64,000 nt of DNA, from positions 5,885-69,884 of the forward strand of contig CAYUCL010000004.1 in the NCBI GenBank assembly GCA_964443325.1, given 5' to 3'. Positions 59,544 to 64,000 of the stretch are shown here, piece after piece. A program made the position numbers and the translations under genes. Positions within the stretch are counted from its first letter, which is position 1. Each line of letters opens with the position of its first letter. The notes below the pieces were generated by a model. It made no database searches, was not told the DNA's origin, and saw only the letters and a program-made list of their open reading frames with translations. Source of the DNA: an uncultured Dehalococcoidales bacterium (GTDB lineage: Bacteria; Chloroflexota; Dehalococcoidia; E44-bin15).

Positions 59544-60959
59544 TTGGTAATACCCCCGATTGGGGCAATGACACCGCTGGGCATGAGGACGGTGGGAGTA
59601 TTCCTGCTCGTTCTATGCTGGTGGCTGTTCACGCCGGTGCCTATCGGTGTTTCCTCTTTCTTTGGCCTAGCGTTATGGGTGGTAGTAGGTGTGCTGCCAG
59701 CCAAGGATGCTTTTGGCTACTTCGGCCACTGGATCAACATCTTCCTTATCGCTTCGTTCGGCATCGCTGCCGCCCTGCACACCACCGGGGCAGCGCGGCG
59801 CTACGCCCTTACTATGCTCAACCTCTCCTTCATCAGGGGAAGACCGTGGCGCCTTTTCACCATATACTTCGTGGCCTGCGGCATCTTGAGCGCCTTCACC
59901 TCCAATACCGCCTCCACCATTATATTTGTCAGCCTGGCCCTTCCTCTCCTAGAGACCGCTGGTATCAAGAAGGGCGATAAGTTCGCCTTGTTCTTCATCC
60001 TCAGCATCGCTTGGGCAGCTAACTTTGGCGGGATGATCACTCCAGTGGGTACCGTCATAAACATCGTGGCCATGGGTATAGTGGAGGAGATGGCGGGCTA
60101 CTACATGGGCTTCGGCCAGTGGTGTATCCCCGGTATACTCATTTTCATCACCACCACTATCGTCACCATCCTGGTTGTCCGATATGTGATGAGGCCCGAT
60201 ATCTCAGCGTTGAAGGCCCTGGATAGTAAATTTCTCACCGAGGAACTAAAGAAGATGGGGCCAATGCACCTTGGTGAAAAGCTGGCCTGGGGATTCCTGG
60301 CCCTGGCGGTAATCTGCTGGATGATCCCCGACCCTATCCGGTATATCAGCACAGACATCTATGCAGTCATAAAGGAGCCCCTGAACTGGGGAGTTACTGC
60401 CATCATCATCGTCACCATCATGTGCATGGTGCCTTACAAGGCAGGGGGTGAGAGGAGAACGCTGCTCACCTTCCGAGATTGGGCCGCCAACGTGGACCTC
60501 GGCACGGTCAGCCTGGTGGCCATATGTCTCGCCCTTGCCGGCGTCTTGGGCAACCCAGAGACGGGCATCATAGAGACCCTCAGCAGTACCTTATCGCCTG
60601 TCGTCAGCGGGTTAGCGCCGCTGGCAATGGTGGTGGTACTCAGCCTAGTTACAGTAATGATGGCCAACTTCATGTCACACATGACCTCGATGACGGTGTG
60701 GGTTTTGGTGGGTGTAACTCTCTCTACACAACTTGGCGTGGGCAATCCCATTGCCCTTGCGGTTGCCCTCACCGGCGCCGCTAACATGGGTGGGGCCTTC
60801 CCATCCGCCACCACTACCACAGCAATAGTCTACGGCACGGGCTTCATCACAATACCGGAGATGCTCAGGTCGGGGCTACTAATCACAATAATATCCGCTA
60901 TTTTAGCTGGACTCATCGGATACTTGGTGGCGTGCGTCGTTTTCCCTTGGCCCGTTTAG
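59544..60959 (+). CDS. DASS/SLC13-type anion permease
   Basis: Polytopic protein with repeated SNTAST-type re-entrant hairpin motifs. Confidence 0.6.
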   Translation: MVIPPIGAMTPLGMRTVGVFLLVLCWWLFTPVPIGVSSFFGLALWVVVGVLPAKDAFGYFGHWINIFLIASFGIAAALHTTGAARRYALTMLNLSFIRGRPWRLFTIYFVACGILSAFTSNTASTIIFVSLALPLLETAGIKKGDKFALFFILSIAWAANFGGMITPVGTVINIVAMGIVEEMAGYYMGFGQWCIPGILIFITTTIVTILVVRYVMRPDISALKALDSKFLTEELKKMGPMHLGEKLAWGFLALAVICWMIPDPIRYISTDIYAVIKEPLNWGVTAIIIVTIMCMVPYKAGGERRTLLTFRDWAANVDLGTVSLVAICLALAGVLGNPETGIIETLSSTLSPVVSGLAPLAMVVVLSLVTVMMANFMSHMTSMTVWVLVGVTLSTQLGVGNPIALAVALTGAANMGGAFPSATTTTAIVYGTGFITIPEMLRSGLLITIISAILAGLIGYLVACVVFPWPV

Positions 60960-61310
60960 TGATTGCTGGGATACCCAGGCCATCAGCTCAATGGCGGTGT
61001 ATTGTTTAAGATATGGGTAACACTTTTTGCAGATGACGTGTACAATGTATAACAACACTAAATGCGGTGCAGAGAGAGTATGTTTATCAAGCTACTACCG
61101 ATGTTCCCCCTGGTCTCAAGGATGAGAGCCTCACCACTTTAAACTGATACTTTTATATATTAGAGCAGTGTATCACCGGCAAGAACTTCCCCATTCTCGT
61201 TGACCGGTCATATCTATGGTAGTAGAATCCAACCAAAGAGGTCGAGGCCGACACGGTAGTAAATCTTTAACTTCGGAGCCAACGAAACTGAAGGAAAGGA
61301 GAGGTAATAT

Positions 61311-61622
61311 ATGGAGTGGTATGCTTATCTTGCTTACTTCTTTGCCGGCATTTTTCTGGCCAACGGCGTGCCCCACTTCGTTCATGGCATATCTGGGAAT
61401 AGATTTCAAAGCCCTTTCGCCTCACCACCCGCTGTTGGAGAATCATCCCCGTTAGTGAACGTCATCTGGGGGCTGGTCAACTTCATTATTGGCTATGCGC
61501 TCATCTATGGAGTAGGGGACTTCACCTTTGGCTTTAGCCCTGATGTCCTGATGGTTGGTCTGGGCACAATCGTCGCCGCAGTGGCACTGGCCTTCCATTT
61601 TGGGCGCGTGCGCAGTCGCTGA
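61311..61622 (+). CDS. Small membrane protein
   Basis: Three predicted TM helices. Confidence 0.35.
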   Translation: MEWYAYLAYFFAGIFLANGVPHFVHGISGNRFQSPFASPPAVGESSPLVNVIWGLVNFIIGYALIYGVGDFTFGFSPDVLMVGLGTIVAAVALAFHFGRVRSR

Positions 61623-61944
61623 GTTCCCCTATAGTGCTTACACCTCGGAGTTTTACGCCGACACATCTACATCGTAGATGTGAAACACACTGCCAGCCTG
61701 GAATTAGCGACTCTCATCGAGGACACCGTAGTTCGGCAGACATGTCTTATAATTGTCTGGCTGTACCTAAGTCAGAGGACCGGCAAGTATTCCTTGAGCT
61801 CATAGTCGGTCACTTGAGCCCGATACCTGTCCCACTCGATTTTCTTGTTTTTGATGAAGGCATCGAAAACGTGATCGCCGAGGGCCTTTCGCACAACTTC
61901 GCTCCCCTCGGTGATTGGAGCCCGTTTGCTACGCATTGCTATAC

Positions 61945-62313
61945 TCAGTTCTCAACGGTGACTTCTACCACATTCTCCCTCGCGATGGCTCGTTCGACAT
62001 CACCTTCCCTTATAAAGACATGCATCATTCCGAACACCTCGTATTGCCCGTTCTCCAACTTTGACGTGTCCCATCTTACTGCGAAGTTCTCGCTCCTTTC
62101 GCTGGACTCCCCAATCTTGACCCAAGTATGCGTGCCCTTCTTGCGGTAGTACCACGGGTTGCTCACCCTCGTGATGGGGCCATGGATACCAAGTTCCTCC
62201 AACTCCTTGGCTAGCAACTGTTCATCGTACTGCTCCCGCAGGCGGACCACGCCCGAGAAATTCTTGAGAATCTCAGAAGGCACAATATATTGCGGTCCCC
62301 AATCGTATGGCAT
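61945..62313 (-). CDS. Hypothetical protein
   Basis: 122-aa open frame with no recognisable family. Confidence 0.3.
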   Translation of the reverse strand: MPYDWGPQYIVPSEILKNFSGVVRLREQYDEQLLAKELEELGIHGPITRVSNPWYYRKKGTHTWVKIGESSERSENFAVRWDTSKLENGQYEVFGMMHVFIREGDVERAIARENVVEVTVEN

Positions 62314-62518
62314 AGTTAACCTCCTTTGTCTTTTTTTGTGGAATGTAACACGTGCATTTCAACTGAGCCGAAGTCTCGCTACAACTCTAGGAAATTCGTC
62401 ATTTGTTCATAATCGACCATCCCACTCTAGGCTATGCTTTTGACTTCTATCCCGACTTTCACCGCTGCAGCCATGCCAACCTCCTTCTTAGGGGAAAAAA
62501 AATAGAGAGATAATACAT

Positions 62519-64000
62519 TTACCATCCTTTGAACCGATTTGTAATTGGCAACCTCCTGTCTCGCCCAAATGCCTTGGTAGTTATCTTAATTCCTGGTGGC
62601 GCCTGACGACGCTTGTACTCGCTTCTGTCTACCAATCGGGCCACCTGCTCGACCACAGCCTCATCAAATCCCATGGCAACAATCTGCTCTACGCTCTTAT
62701 CTTCCTCCACGTAGGCCATCAGTACTGGATCCAGAACGTCGTAGGTCGGCAGGCTGTCGGTATCCACCTGGTCAGTCCGCAGCTCGGCTGAAGGCGGCTT
62801 GGCTATCACGCACGACGGGATGAGGTCCTGGCCTGCGATTGAGTTTCGATATCTGGCAAGCTGGTACACCATCGTTTTGGTCACATCCTTGATGACCGCA
62901 AATCCACCCGCCATATCCCCATATAAAGTGGCATAGCCAGTGGCCATTTCACTCTTATTCCCGGTGGTCAGAACAAGCCAGCCGAATTTGTTTGATAACG
63001 CCATAAGCAGGTTACCCCTAATACGAGCTTGGATGTTTTCCTCAGCTACGTTAGGCCCCGTCCCGGTAAAAGGCTCAGCCAGAGCATCCAGGTAGGCCTG
63101 GAACGGCGTTTCGATGGGAATGCTAATCAGCCTGATGCCGATGTTCTGCGCAAGAAGCTCCGCGTCGGACGTACTCCCCGCAGAGGAATACCTGGACGGC
63201 ATTGACACGCCAACCACGTTGGAAGGCTCCAATGCGTCGACTGCAATGACTGCTACGAGGCTGGAATCAATTCCGCCTGATAGGCCAATGACAACCTTGT
63301 CAAAGCCGTTCTTCCAGATGTAGTCATGCGTACCCAGCACCAGCGCGTTGTACACCTCTTCCAGACCATTTCTCTTGGTAGGACGACTCTTCCGCAGCGG
63401 CGGTCTTGCAACTGCAGAACGTTCTTGAGACACCTCCTTTCTGGTTGTCTTCCATTCCTTGCTGCCTGGTAGTGGTGCTTCCTTTCTTAACCTTGAGTCC
63501 CGCAGGCGGCTTCGCAAGACTGCCTCGACGTCGAGATCCACCACAACTAGGTCTTCCTCAAACTGCTTGCCTCTCGCCAGCAACCTGCCCTGCTCGTCGA
63601 GCGCCATGCTGTTGCCATCAAAGACCAACTCATCTTGGCCACCGACTAGGTTACAGTGGACTACTAGAGCTACGTTGTCCGCAGCACGCGTCGCCAGCAT
63701 CCTTTCCCTATAGTCCCCTTTGCCGGAGTGATAGGGCGATGCGCTTATATTTACGATGACTTCAGCGCCAGCATATGCTTGTGCCGTCGCTGGCCCTGCC
63801 TCAAACCAGATGTCCTCACAGATGTTGACGCCTGTTCGGACACCGTTGATCACGTACACAGGACACTCGCTGCCCGCCCTGAAATAGCGGTTCTCGTCGA
63901 ACACGCCGTAGTTAGGGAGGTAGATCTTGCGATAGACGTCGACCAGACTGCCGTCGTAGATGACCGCCGCAGCATTATAGATGTCCTCCGCAGCGTCGAC
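62519..64000 (-). CDS. nadE: Glutamine-dependent NAD+ synthetase (CN-hydrolase + NAD synthetase domains), N-terminus beyond window
   Basis: C-terminal NAD synthetase domain ([13 protein letters not shown]-loop). The upstream frame remains open through a CN-hydrolase domain to the window edge. Confidence 0.8.
   Translation of the reverse strand, partial: VDAAEDIYNAAAVIYDGSLVDVYRKIYLPNYGVFDENRYFRAGSECPVYVINGVRTGVNICEDIWFEAGPATAQAYAGAEVIVNISASPYHSGKGDYRERMLATRAADNVALVVHCNLVGGQDELVFDGNSMALDEQGRLLARGKQFEEDLVVVDLDVEAVLRSRLRDSRLRKEAPLPGSKEWKTTRKEVSQERSAVARPPLRKSRPTKRNGLEEVYNALVLGTHDYIWKNGFDKVVIGLSGGIDSSLVAVIAVDALEPSNVVGVSMPSRYSSAGSTSDAELLAQNIGIRLISIPIETPFQAYLDALAEPFTGTGPNVAEENIQARIRGNLLMALSNKFGWLVLTTGNKSEMATGYATLYGDMAGGFAVIKDVTKTMVYQLARYRNSIAGQDLIPSCVIAKPPSAELRTDQVDTDSLPTYDVLDPVLMAYVEEDKSVEQIVAMGFDEAVVEQVARLVDRSEYKRRQAPPGIKITTKAFGRDRRLPITNRFKGW

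Overview
The window looks like a chromosomal segment of an anaerobic bacterium (GC about 55%). It carries core metabolism genes: purC, purB, purE, purD and guaA, a his operon (hisZ-hisG-hisD-hisC-hisB), speH-speE, birA, nadE, pcrA and rnhA, plus RNase P RNA. A lipid or beta-oxidation-type locus at about 2.4–21.5 kb holds three tandem SDR paralogs, a split MaoC hydratase, two acyl-CoA dehydrogenases, a CoA-transferase and an SCP-x-type thiolase. An accessory mosaic lies between about 12.7 and 36 kb. It contains a tRNA-Phe/Leu/Gln cluster, and a tRNA-Asn followed by a ~1.3 kb islet encoding a HicA toxin and an unusual N-terminally extended HicB. It also contains an AT-rich ~2.2 kb cassette of small Fe–S-themed proteins bounded by ~90-bp direct repeats. 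That cassette sits immediately upstream of a complete type III-A (Csm) CRISPR effector operon (cas10-csm2-csm3-csm4-csm5-cas6) that has no cas1/cas2 or CRISPR array in view. Further on are a tRNA-Met with terminator, a mazEF pair, an NYN-domain fragment and a catalytically degenerate large serine recombinase homolog sandwiched between a COG1579 zinc-ribbon gene and rnhA/rnpB. Two families of dispersed structured repeats (a ~130-bp MITE-like element and a palindromic CGAAGCAATC-type hairpin element) occur twice each. hisG is an internally duplicated, fused gene.
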